In this document: positions 16,871-24,110 of the stretch, piece after piece
Position numbering within the stretch: the stretch's first letter is position 1
Layout of the letters: every line of letters starts with the position of its first letter
Virus record (IMG/VR): IMGVR_UViG_3300020183_000011
Length of the DNA: 64,000 nucleotides
Source: a virus
Reading direction: 5' to 3' (one strand)
The notes under the pieces: generated by a model
Database searches by the model: none
The model's input: the letters and a program-made list of their open reading frames with translations, nothing else
Told to the model about the DNA's origin: nothing
Position numbers and translations under genes: made by a program

Positions 16871-16899
16871 TGTACTTTTATTAGGGGATGTGGTATACT
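16871..16899 (+). promoter_or_regulatory. Sigma70-like promoter
   Basis: TGTACTTTTA...TGgTATACT with a 17 nt spacer. Confidence 0.68.
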
Positions 16900-16906
16900 G
16901 TATAGT

Positions 16907-17431
16907 ATGATAAGGCATATATTACTCTATAAGTCAGACACTATTTCAGTCAGCTGTACGTCAGCTGTGTATGAGTTATCTACACGTAGGTTAACCACGT
17001 ACGTCAAGCAATGCATTGCAGCTGAAAAGACCCTTATCAAAGACATATCCAAAAAATATCCTAAGAAGTCCAAAGGTATCAAGTATGACTTCTTGTTTAA
17101 GAACTTCAAAGCTGAGGATATGCTTGGCACTACCGATCAACAGTACGATGACGACTTATTGATTGAGCTCAACTCAAAGAACACTGCTAACTTATGTCGT
17201 ACCATATCACATGAGTTAGTACATGCCAGACAGTTTATATCTGGCCAATTGAAGTATAACGTTAAGATTAAATACTTAACGTATGAAGGTGAAGCACATC
17301 GTTATATCTATCGTAAGCAACCATGGGAAATAGAAGCTTATGCATTAGAACAATCAGGTGCACTTAAGATGAAAAGGTGGCTATTAAATCATGCACATTT
17401 TAACCCAAAACTCGTTACACCAGCCATATAA
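16907..17431 (+). CDS. Putative zincin-like metallopeptidase
   Basis: TISHELVHARQF (HExxH) plus QPWEIEAY; start moved to the ATG downstream of the promoter. Confidence 0.7.
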   Translation: MIRHILLYKSDTISVSCTSAVYELSTRRLTTYVKQCIAAEKTLIKDISKKYPKKSKGIKYDFLFKNFKAEDMLGTTDQQYDDDLLIELNSKNTANLCRTISHELVHARQFISGQLKYNVKIKYLTYEGEAHRYIYRKQPWEIEAYALEQSGALKMKRWLLNHAHFNPKLVTPAI

Positions 17432-17576
17432 AGCGAAAGTAGTTTCGTTCGAACCACTCCAAGATTGGAAGTTTAAAGTGTCATACTTTGACGACGAAGG
17501 TTTTTTATGGACAGAAGTCGTAGATCATACAAGGTTAGAAGGAGAGTTCGTAGATGAACATCTTTTATCTGCATAA
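17391..17576 (+). CDS. Small hypothetical protein
   Basis: 61 aa ORF bridging its neighbours. Confidence 0.45.
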   Translation: MHILTQNSLHQPYKAKVVSFEPLQDWKFKVSYFDDEGFLWTEVVDHTRLEGEFVDEHLLSA

Positions 17577-18132
17577 AGATCCAGTAAAAGCAGCTGAGAT
17601 GCATGTTGACAAGCATGTAGTCAAGATGATCCTCGAGTCATGTCAGTTATTATCAACTGCACATCGTATATTGGATGGTAAGCAAGTCATGGGTAAAACC
17701 AAGACTGGTCGAAACGTCAAACGTTGGATACTACCTGAAGATTTTTTAATAGACATGAACGATGTGATATACCAAGCAACACATGTCAACCATCCATCTG
17801 CAGTATGGGCTCGGCATTCAAAAGCAAACTATATGTGGTTACATGAATTGTTAGATGCATTATGTAACGAATACACCTATCGATATGGTAAGGTGCATAA
17901 GTGCGAAGCTGATGGGCTTGTAAATATACTATCAATGCCACCGATCAATATACCTGATCTATCATTTACCGAACCGACCCCAGCAATGCCTGACCAATAC
18001 AAGGTATCTGAGGACTCTATACAGTCATATCGTAACTATTACAATGGAGAAAAGCAACGGATGTTCTCATGGAAGAAAAGGTCAGTCCCTGAGTTTATAA
18101 ATAAAACAGGAGATAATTATGCCATTGTATGA
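17554..18132 (+). CDS. Pyrimidine-dimer DNA glycosylase (DenV/endonuclease V)-like protein
   Basis: MNIFYL...HVDKHVVKMILESCQLLSTAH, THVNHPSAVW, EYTYRYGKVH, AMPDQYK, YRNYY. Confidence 0.7.
   Translation: MNIFYLHKDPVKAAEMHVDKHVVKMILESCQLLSTAHRILDGKQVMGKTKTGRNVKRWILPEDFLIDMNDVIYQATHVNHPSAVWARHSKANYMWLHELLDALCNEYTYRYGKVHKCEADGLVNILSMPPINIPDLSFTEPTPAMPDQYKVSEDSIQSYRNYYNGEKQRMFSWKKRSVPEFINKTGDNYAIV
18096..18103 (+). promoter_or_regulatory. T4-type late promoter upstream of the lysis region
   Basis: Exact TATAAATA. Confidence 0.6.
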
Positions 18133-18364
18133 TTTTAGAAACAAGGACACTGGTGAGGTGTTCGAGAAGTTTATGAGTATATCTGCTAAAGAGGAATACT
18201 TAAGAGAAAATCCAAACATTGAACCAATGTTGGGTATGAATGCACTCATAGATCCAGTCAGGTTAGGTGTTCGTAGACCAGATCAAGGGTTTAAAGAAGT
18301 ACTACAACGTATTCACGAAAAGACTGCAGGTTCTCAACTAAATAAATTTAGTAACCACTTATAA
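18119..18364 (+). CDS. FmdB-like small protein
   Basis: MPLYDFRNKDTGEVFE...GFKEVLQRIH; Cys-less FmdB-type N-terminus seen in T4-like phages. Confidence 0.6.
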   Translation: MPLYDFRNKDTGEVFEKFMSISAKEEYLRENPNIEPMLGMNALIDPVRLGVRRPDQGFKEVLQRIHEKTAGSQLNKFSNHL

Positions 18365-18366
18365 AA

Positions 18367-18405
18367 TATGGGTCCGCTGAACCCCATAGCATTATTAAGT
18401 TCAGT
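18367..18405 (+). promoter_or_regulatory. Putative H-type RNA pseudoknot in the lysis-cassette leader
   Basis: S1 TATGGG/CCCATA, S2 GCTGAAC/GTTCAGT; loops of 3, 0 and 10 nt. Confidence 0.45.
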
Positions 18406-18429
18406 TGTTAACTTACAAAGGAGAATCAC

Positions 18430-18570
18430 ATGTTAACAAACATTATTGTATTTTTAGTTGGTGCTCATTTGGGTGCAAAATACCCACAAAAAGCAACACT
18501 AATCGTTGACACAGCTGTATCTTTTGCAAAAGCAGTATGGGCAAAAGTATCAGGTTTAGTGGCAAAATAA
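18430..18570 (+). CDS. Small hydrophobic protein (46 aa), candidate holin or lysis accessory (not in the ORF track)
   Basis: AAGGAGA RBS; MLTNIIVFLVGAHLGAKYPQKATLIVDTAVSFAKAVWAKVSGLVAK*; TAATG overlap with the endolysin. Confidence 0.6.
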   Translation: MLTNIIVFLVGAHLGAKYPQKATLIVDTAVSFAKAVWAKVSGLVAK

Positions 18571-19211
18571 TGAGCTTCGATTTCGAATTTACTGAGCAAA
18601 AACTAGCTAAGATACTTACTCGTAATAAGAAAGTACACGAGTGGTATGAGGCAATGTTTGAGCAGTTACCTCAATTTGAAGTAACTACAGCAAAACGCGT
18701 TGCTGCTTTTGTGGCTCAGTGTGCACATGAATCTGCGGACTTCACGACTCTTCAAGAAAACCTAAACTACTCTGCTGATGCATTGAACAAACTGTTTAGT
18801 AAGTACTTTGCTTCAGCTGGTAGAGATGCTGCTCCATATCATCGTAAACCTGAAATGATTGCAAACGTAATATATGCAAACCGTATGGGTAACGGAGATA
18901 CTGCAAGCGGAGAAGGTTACAAGTATAGAGGACGTGGTCCAATTCAATTAACAGGTAAGGCTAATTATCAAGCGTTTGCAACTGACTTCTTTGAAGATCC
19001 AGAAACGGTGATGAATGATCCTGACCTCGTGACAGACGATATACCTACCGCATTATATTCAGCATTATGGTTTTGGAATAAAAACAAACTAAACCGTGAA
19101 GCTGATCTAGGTGATATTAAGTTAATGACTAAGAAAATTAATGGTGGTTACATCGGCCTCGAAGACCGAATCAAACATTATAACCACGCCATTGAGATTT
19201 TAACAGCTTAA
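18570..19211 (+). CDS. GH19 (chitinase-like) endolysin
   Basis: AFVAQCAHES, ENLNYS, YRGRGPIQLTGKANY, SALWFW, TKKINGG..GLEDR. Confidence 0.9.
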   Translation: MSFDFEFTEQKLAKILTRNKKVHEWYEAMFEQLPQFEVTTAKRVAAFVAQCAHESADFTTLQENLNYSADALNKLFSKYFASAGRDAAPYHRKPEMIANVIYANRMGNGDTASGEGYKYRGRGPIQLTGKANYQAFATDFFEDPETVMNDPDLVTDDIPTALYSALWFWNKNKLNREADLGDIKLMTKKINGGYIGLEDRIKHYNHAIEILTA

Positions 19212-19215
19212 TCAT

Positions 19216-19244
19216 TGTACTTTAATTAGACCTTGATATATAAT
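19216..19244 (+). promoter_or_regulatory. Sigma70-like promoter
   Basis: TGTACTTTAAT...TATAAT with a 17 nt spacer. Confidence 0.55.
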
Positions 19245-19770
19245 GAAGGTAGCAGTACTATGTAACGGTCCCAGTCGGTCAGCCTATGATCCCAATAAAG
19301 AATATGCATACCGCATAGGATGCAATATCCCTTGGACAAAGGTTGACTGTACTGTGATACTCGATCCACAACTTGTTAAAGTATTGATCAGAGATATATC
19401 ACTCATAGATTGTAAAGTATACTTTAGTCAAAATGTAGTGGATTACGTTAAAGAAGTTGGAGCTGCAACATTATTTGATGTTGTAGGTATAATACAAAAG
19501 ACCCGTAGAGGTCTATCAAGCGGAAACATAGCATGCTTGAAGGCAGTAGAGCTTGGTTACAAAGACATAGATATATACGGAGCAGACGCGTTTATCACTA
19601 ATGACATACGCAGTAACACTGCTAGTAAGAGTTATACAAGAAACTTCTTAAGTTCAGACGGTATGAACATGTCTCCAGATTGGAGAACTAATTTTAATAA
19701 GATGATTAAAGATCATCCAGAAGTAAAGTTTAATTTCATTGAAAGGAACGAAAATGTTAAAGAACTATAA
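19243..19770 (+). CDS. Hypothetical protein with a GT29/MAF-like Rossmann signature
   Basis: VAVLCNGPS, IGCN, SSG..A...A..LGYKDIDIYGAD. Confidence 0.5.
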   Translation: MKVAVLCNGPSRSAYDPNKEYAYRIGCNIPWTKVDCTVILDPQLVKVLIRDISLIDCKVYFSQNVVDYVKEVGAATLFDVVGIIQKTRRGLSSGNIACLKAVELGYKDIDIYGADAFITNDIRSNTASKSYTRNFLSSDGMNMSPDWRTNFNKMIKDHPEVKFNFIERNENVKEL

Positions 19771-20011
19771 AAATGATTTAATAATTATAGCTACTTTTTT
19801 TGCTCTTATTAGTTATTCGATGTATATATTAGCAGCGGGTCAAACTATAATCAATGTTGCTGCAGCGGTAGAACAAGCAAAAAAACCAGCCGCACCAGTG
19901 AAGAAAACGGAACCTGTTAAGAAGGTAGATAAAGCTGCAGCAAAACCAGCAGAACCAAAAAAAGATCCTAATCGTAAAAAGCCAACGCTTAAGAAAAAAT
20001 ATAAAAAATAA
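19754..20011 (+). CDS. Single-TM protein with Lys/Pro/Ala-rich tail
   Basis: One hydrophobic helix followed by AKKPAAPVKK... low-complexity sequence. Confidence 0.55.
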   Translation: MLKNYKNDLIIIATFFALISYSMYILAAGQTIINVAAAVEQAKKPAAPVKKTEPVKKVDKAAAKPAEPKKDPNRKKPTLKKKYKK

Positions 20012-20662
20012 TTGAAGAACTTTATATATCATGATTTCCCGAAGCTTGAACGGGTTGATGGTCCAGACGGTAGAACGTACAATACACCAGACGGTAAAAG
20101 GTATCCATCAATAACGAGGGTGACGGGCATGCTTACTCAATCATATATCGCTGAATGGCGTAATAGGGTAGGACATGAAGCAGCAACACGTATCTCTACA
20201 AAAGCATCAAGCAGAGGTACACGTATACATACGTTATGCGAAGAGTTTCTAAAAGGTAACACTGTAGACCCTTCACTCACTGATCATGAGATGTGGAAGT
20301 CAATGATACCGTATGTAGATAAGATAGATAATATACACGCTCTGGAGAGCAAACTATATTCCGATAAACTACAAGTTGCAGGCACTGTTGACTGTATAGG
20401 TGATTATGACGGTATACCGAACATCATCGATTTTAAGACTTCTGGAAAACCAAAGGATATAAATAGTATACAGCATTACTTTTTACAGGCCACAGCTTAT
20501 TCAGTTATGTTTGAGGAACTAACAGGTATCGCAGTTCCTAATATAACTATTTTAATAGGAGTAGACCATGACAAAACACAAGTATTTCAAGGGAAGCGTA
20601 GCAGCTTCATTCGCCAGTTAATTGACATCCGTCAATCTTTCAAAAAATTAAATTTACTTTAA
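20012..20662 (+). CDS. PD-(D/E)XK exonuclease (ExoV/Cas4-like, T4-like phage family)
   Basis: YPSITRV, RGTRIH, AGTVDCIG, IIDFKTS, YFLQATAY; TTG start. Confidence 0.85.
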   Translation: MKNFIYHDFPKLERVDGPDGRTYNTPDGKRYPSITRVTGMLTQSYIAEWRNRVGHEAATRISTKASSRGTRIHTLCEEFLKGNTVDPSLTDHEMWKSMIPYVDKIDNIHALESKLYSDKLQVAGTVDCIGDYDGIPNIIDFKTSGKPKDINSIQHYFLQATAYSVMFEELTGIAVPNITILIGVDHDKTQVFQGKRSSFIRQLIDIRQSFKKLNLL

Positions 20663-20681
20663 TTAGCAACTAGAGTATAAT
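20653..20681 (+). promoter_or_regulatory. Sigma70-like promoter
   Basis: TTTACTTTAAT...TATAAT with a 17 nt spacer. Confidence 0.7.
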
Positions 20682-20716
20682 ATAATCAAGTAACGAATCG
20701 CAAGGAGAATATCCCC

Positions 20717-21244
20717 ATGAAGAGAACTTTTGCTGTCATTTTGGCATTGTGTTACCTGTGTAATTTTACAATTGCACATACAGAACAAACACGACAAAAG
20801 ATAGAACCACCTAAAAAATTAACTAAGGTGGAAAAACAACAAGTAGAATGTCTAGCACAAAATATCTATTATGAAGCTGGATACGAACCTAAACAAGGTA
20901 AGGTAGCAGTAGCACTAGTCACACTAAACCGCGTATATTCTGGAAATTATCCAAGATCTATATGTGCTACCATGACTCAAAAGTTTGAGGAAGTATGCCA
21001 GTTTAGTTGGTACTGTGATGATTATAAAAGGATCAAAGCACAATCATATAGATACACTAAACACGAGAAACAAGCGTTTGAAGATGCTAGACAGATAGCT
21101 CTACATACGTACTTAAACTATAGAGAGATGTACGACTTAACAAAAGGTGCATTGTTTTTTCATACAAAAGCTGTTAAACCTGAATGGAAAAACGTAACAG
21201 TAACAGCTGTTATTGGGAATCATATTTTTTACAGAAAGATTTAA
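20717..21244 (+). CDS. SleB-like cell wall hydrolase (Hydrolase_2) with signal peptide
   Basis: CLAQNIYYEA, GKVAVALVTLNRV, CQFSW, TKGALFFH, IGNHIFY. Confidence 0.9.
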   Translation: MKRTFAVILALCYLCNFTIAHTEQTRQKIEPPKKLTKVEKQQVECLAQNIYYEAGYEPKQGKVAVALVTLNRVYSGNYPRSICATMTQKFEEVCQFSWYCDDYKRIKAQSYRYTKHEKQAFEDARQIALHTYLNYREMYDLTKGALFFHTKAVKPEWKNVTVTAVIGNHIFYRKI

Positions 21245-21246
21245 TA

Positions 21247-21924
21247 ATGACTAAATTGGCAAATGAAAACGTCCCTAATTTATTAAGTGGACTAATTAAT
21301 AATGTACATATCAATACGATAACATCTACAACATGTGTGCATGAAGTATTCTTAGATGCAGAGATCGAGGAACCAAGTAAGTATAGAGAACTTATCTCTG
21401 TGCTAGTCAATGCTGGTCCAAACGATAAGATCCATCTTTATATCAACTCGCCGGGTGGTCACCTTGATACAGCCGCAGCCATAGTTTCTGGTATCCTATC
21501 AAGTGAAGCAGAAGTCACAGCGTTCATCATGGGTGCATGTCATTCTGCGGCCTCTATTATAGCTATGTACTGTCATGCTGTACACGTTTACGATACAGCC
21601 TACATGATGGTTCATACAGCCTCATTCGGCTCATCTGGTAACACCCCAACAGTCAAGGCACATACAGACTTTACTGTCAAGCAGTGTGAAAATCTCATGA
21701 AGGATGCTTACGAAGGGTTCTTAACTCCTGACGAACTTAAGAAAGTCCTTAACGGTATAGAGCTATGGTATAATGCAGAAGAGATCAAGCCGCGTTTGAA
21801 GAAACGTTTTGCTGCTGTAGAAATGATGAAGAAGAAACAAGATAATAAGGAGGTCGTAGACCAGCCGAAGCCAAAGAAAACTCGAATTAAGTTAAAAGTA
21901 GAAGACGGTGAAGCTATCGATTAG
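21247..21924 (+). CDS. ClpP-like serine protease
   Basis: IHLYINSPGG, ACHSAASII (Ser nucleophile), MMVH. Confidence 0.85.
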   Translation: MTKLANENVPNLLSGLINNVHINTITSTTCVHEVFLDAEIEEPSKYRELISVLVNAGPNDKIHLYINSPGGHLDTAAAIVSGILSSEAEVTAFIMGACHSAASIIAMYCHAVHVYDTAYMMVHTASFGSSGNTPTVKAHTDFTVKQCENLMKDAYEGFLTPDELKKVLNGIELWYNAEEIKPRLKKRFAAVEMMKKKQDNKEVVDQPKPKKTRIKLKVEDGEAID

Positions 21925-21927
21925 TTG

Positions 21928-21956
21928 TGTACATTAAATGTTTATTATGATATAAT
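21928..21956 (+). promoter_or_regulatory. Sigma70-like promoter
   Basis: TGTACATTAAA...TGaTATAAT with a 17 nt spacer. Confidence 0.72.
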
Positions 21957-21981
21957 ATAATTTTAAATCAAGGAAAATGAA

Positions 21982-22239
21982 ATGAACGTGGCACAACATA
22001 TCAATCACAGTTATCAAACAGGCAACAAGCAAGAACTAATAAGAGTCAAAGGTGAACTAGAAAAGAACTTAAAAGAAGTAGACATATTCTTTGACGAGTA
22101 CTTAGAACTATTCTCTGAGCAGATGAACTCTGCTAATAAATCAGATCCAGTTTGGAAAGCATATAACGACCAGTACAAAGCTTATGAGAATATTAAGCAT
22201 AGCCTTAAGTTAACTAATCATTATATAAGTATGCTATGA
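21982..22239 (+). CDS. Hypothetical helical protein
   Basis: ORF with AAGGA RBS, coupled to gene 33. Confidence 0.65.
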   Translation: MNVAQHINHSYQTGNKQELIRVKGELEKNLKEVDIFFDEYLELFSEQMNSANKSDPVWKAYNDQYKAYENIKHSLKLTNHYISML

Positions 22240-22466
22240 TGGAAGGTAAGATGTTTAAGAACACCAATGAGTTTTCATTATTCATTGAATCCATCGTAGC
22301 CGAAAAGCGGATATCCCATATGGACGCAATATTATTGTACTGTGAACAAAACTTTATAGATCCTGAGGACATCTCAGGTATGATCAATAAAAACCTCAAG
22401 CAAAAGATAGAAAACAACTTGATAGAACTTAACTACTTGCCAAAGAAGGGTAAGCTAGACATATGA
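22236..22466 (+). CDS. 33: Late transcription co-activator gp33
   Basis: FSLFIE.IV....ISHMDAILLYCE.N.ID...I...LKQKIE...LNYL; 33-59-32 synteny. Confidence 0.85.
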   Translation: MMEGKMFKNTNEFSLFIESIVAEKRISHMDAILLYCEQNFIDPEDISGMINKNLKQKIENNLIELNYLPKKGKLDI

Positions 22467-23098
22467 ATGGATTTAAGGCATATCGTTATTACCTTGCCTT
22501 AAAGCTCCATTTTACAACAGATAAGTTTAATGTATTTGAGAACAAAGGCCATGTTAAAGGATCGTACGAGTCGTTTAATGCTCGTAATGATAGACACCTG
22601 TTTGAAAAGCTTGGTTGTAAGTTTAATGCCGACAAAGAACTCATACAGTTCATAGTAGCACAGTTCGTCTACAATAACCCTAACTTCATATACGAGTTAG
22701 AGCAAGCAGACGATCATTATAGGGAATGGATCAAGGTTAAGGAAAGCCTGTCAAAGGTATTTGAGGATGACCTCAATGAACTGACACTAGAAGCAGAAAA
22801 GAACGGATACAAATTATCTGAGCTTTTTAATTGTACATTAAATGACTTTCCTGTTATAATTAAACTATATCTTGGAAAACGAATACACCCTCAGACACTA
22901 TCGATATTATCTACCATGGGTACACCTGTGGCAGAACTATGTAATAATGATCATATCGACTTATTACTAGGCAACGAGCTGAGGATCATATACAAGATGG
23001 CTGGATTTATCAAGATCCAGAACAAAGAAAAGATCAATAAGATCTTTAAAGAATTTATCGAAAATAACAACATGGGCATGATAAATAAAGATGAGTAG
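22463..23098 (+). CDS. 59: Helicase loader gp59
   Basis: YRYYLALKLHFTTDKF..F...G, RNDRHLFEKL; between genes 33 and 32. Confidence 0.85.
   Translation: MNGFKAYRYYLALKLHFTTDKFNVFENKGHVKGSYESFNARNDRHLFEKLGCKFNADKELIQFIVAQFVYNNPNFIYELEQADDHYREWIKVKESLSKVFEDDLNELTLEAEKNGYKLSELFNCTLNDFPVIIKLYLGKRIHPQTLSILSTMGTPVAELCNNDHIDLLLGNELRIIYKMAGFIKIQNKEKINKIFKEFIENNNMGMINKDE
22832..22860 (+). promoter_or_regulatory. Sigma70-like promoter inside gene 59, probably serving gene 32
   Basis: TGTACATTAAA...TGtTATAAT with a 17 nt spacer. Confidence 0.65.
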
Positions 23099-23145
23099 AA
23101 GTTATACTCTATACTACGCAATATTAACATACAAAGGAAAATACG

Positions 23146-24072
23146 ATGGACATTAATACACTCCGCGCTTCGCGCAATCAAGACTTCAGCAAGATCTCAT
23201 CTGCATTCGAATCAGATAACAATAAGAACTATGAAGACAATCGCTTTTGGAAACTAGAGCGTGACAAAGCAGGTAATGCAACTGCAGTGATTCGTTTCTT
23301 ACCAAGAGTCGAAGGTGATGAACTACCATGGGTTAAAGTATTCTCTCATGGCTTCAAAGGTCCAACAGGTAAATGGTACATTGAAAACTCATTGACCACT
23401 GTTGGAAAACCAGATCCAGTTGGTGAACTCAACACCACACTTTGGAACTCAGGTTCTGATGCAAATAAAGAGATCGCACGTGATCAAAAGCGTCGCTTAA
23501 CATTCATCTCAAACATTGTGGTCGTATCAGATCCAGTACATCCAGAAAATAATGGCAAAGTAGTGCTGTTCAAGTATGGTAAGAAGATCTTTGACATGAT
23601 CATGAACAAAGCACAACCTACATTTGAGGATGAAAAACCAGTGAATGTGTTTGACTTATGGGAAGGTGCAAACTTCAAGATCCGTATGCGTACGGTCGAA
23701 GGTTATCCTAACTATGACCAATCAGTGTTCGCGGAGCAAACACCAGTGGCTCCAACTGATGAAGCGATCTTAGCTATCGTAAATCAACAAGTTAAGCTAG
23801 CTGAGTTCATTGATCCTAACAACACTAAACAGTTTAAGTCTTATGACGAACTTAAAGCTAAGTTAGATTCAGTGTTAAGTGGTGGAGTTGCTGTACCTAC
23901 GGCAGAGTCAATGAGTAATGATCCATTACCATCTGCACCACCACCATCATTCACTGCCAAAGCTGAACCAACATTTACTGCGGCACCAGCTCCAGTATCT
24001 AAAGCGCCAGAGATCAATGATGAGGATGAAGACATGATGGGTTTCTTTGCAAGTATCGCTAACGAAAACTAA
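23146..24072 (+). CDS. 32: Single-stranded DNA-binding protein gp32
   Basis: DNRFWK, AVIRFLP, HGFKGPTGKWYIENS, FKYGKKIFD, GANFKI, YPNYDQS; acidic C-terminal tail. Confidence 0.95.
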   Translation: MDINTLRASRNQDFSKISSAFESDNNKNYEDNRFWKLERDKAGNATAVIRFLPRVEGDELPWVKVFSHGFKGPTGKWYIENSLTTVGKPDPVGELNTTLWNSGSDANKEIARDQKRRLTFISNIVVVSDPVHPENNGKVVLFKYGKKIFDMIMNKAQPTFEDEKPVNVFDLWEGANFKIRMRTVEGYPNYDQSVFAEQTPVAPTDEAILAIVNQQVKLAEFIDPNNTKQFKSYDELKAKLDSVLSGGVAVPTAESMSNDPLPSAPPPSFTAKAEPTFTAAPAPVSKAPEINDEDEDMMGFFASIANEN

Positions 24073-24084
24073 GAGTAGATGTAG

Positions 24085-24110
24085 AAAAGGGACCGAAAGG
24101 TCCCTTTTTT
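24085..24110. terminator. Bidirectional rho-independent terminator
   Basis: AAAAGGGACC-GAAA-GGTCCCTTTTTT between convergent genes. Confidence 0.9.

Noticed and set aside
18367-18405. preQ1-I riboswitch
   Set aside because: The hairpin is similar, but the A-rich 3' tail is missing and the downstream genes are unrelated to queuosine; kept only as a generic pseudoknot.
20012-20662. Cas4-like nuclease suggesting a CRISPR system
   Set aside because: No repeat-spacer array or other cas genes are visible, and the Fe-S Cys cluster is absent; this is the common T4-like phage exonuclease.
23146-24072. gp32 lacking the T4 zinc-binding Cys residues
   Set aside because: Zn-free gp32 variants are common among aquatic T4-like phages, so this is not novel.
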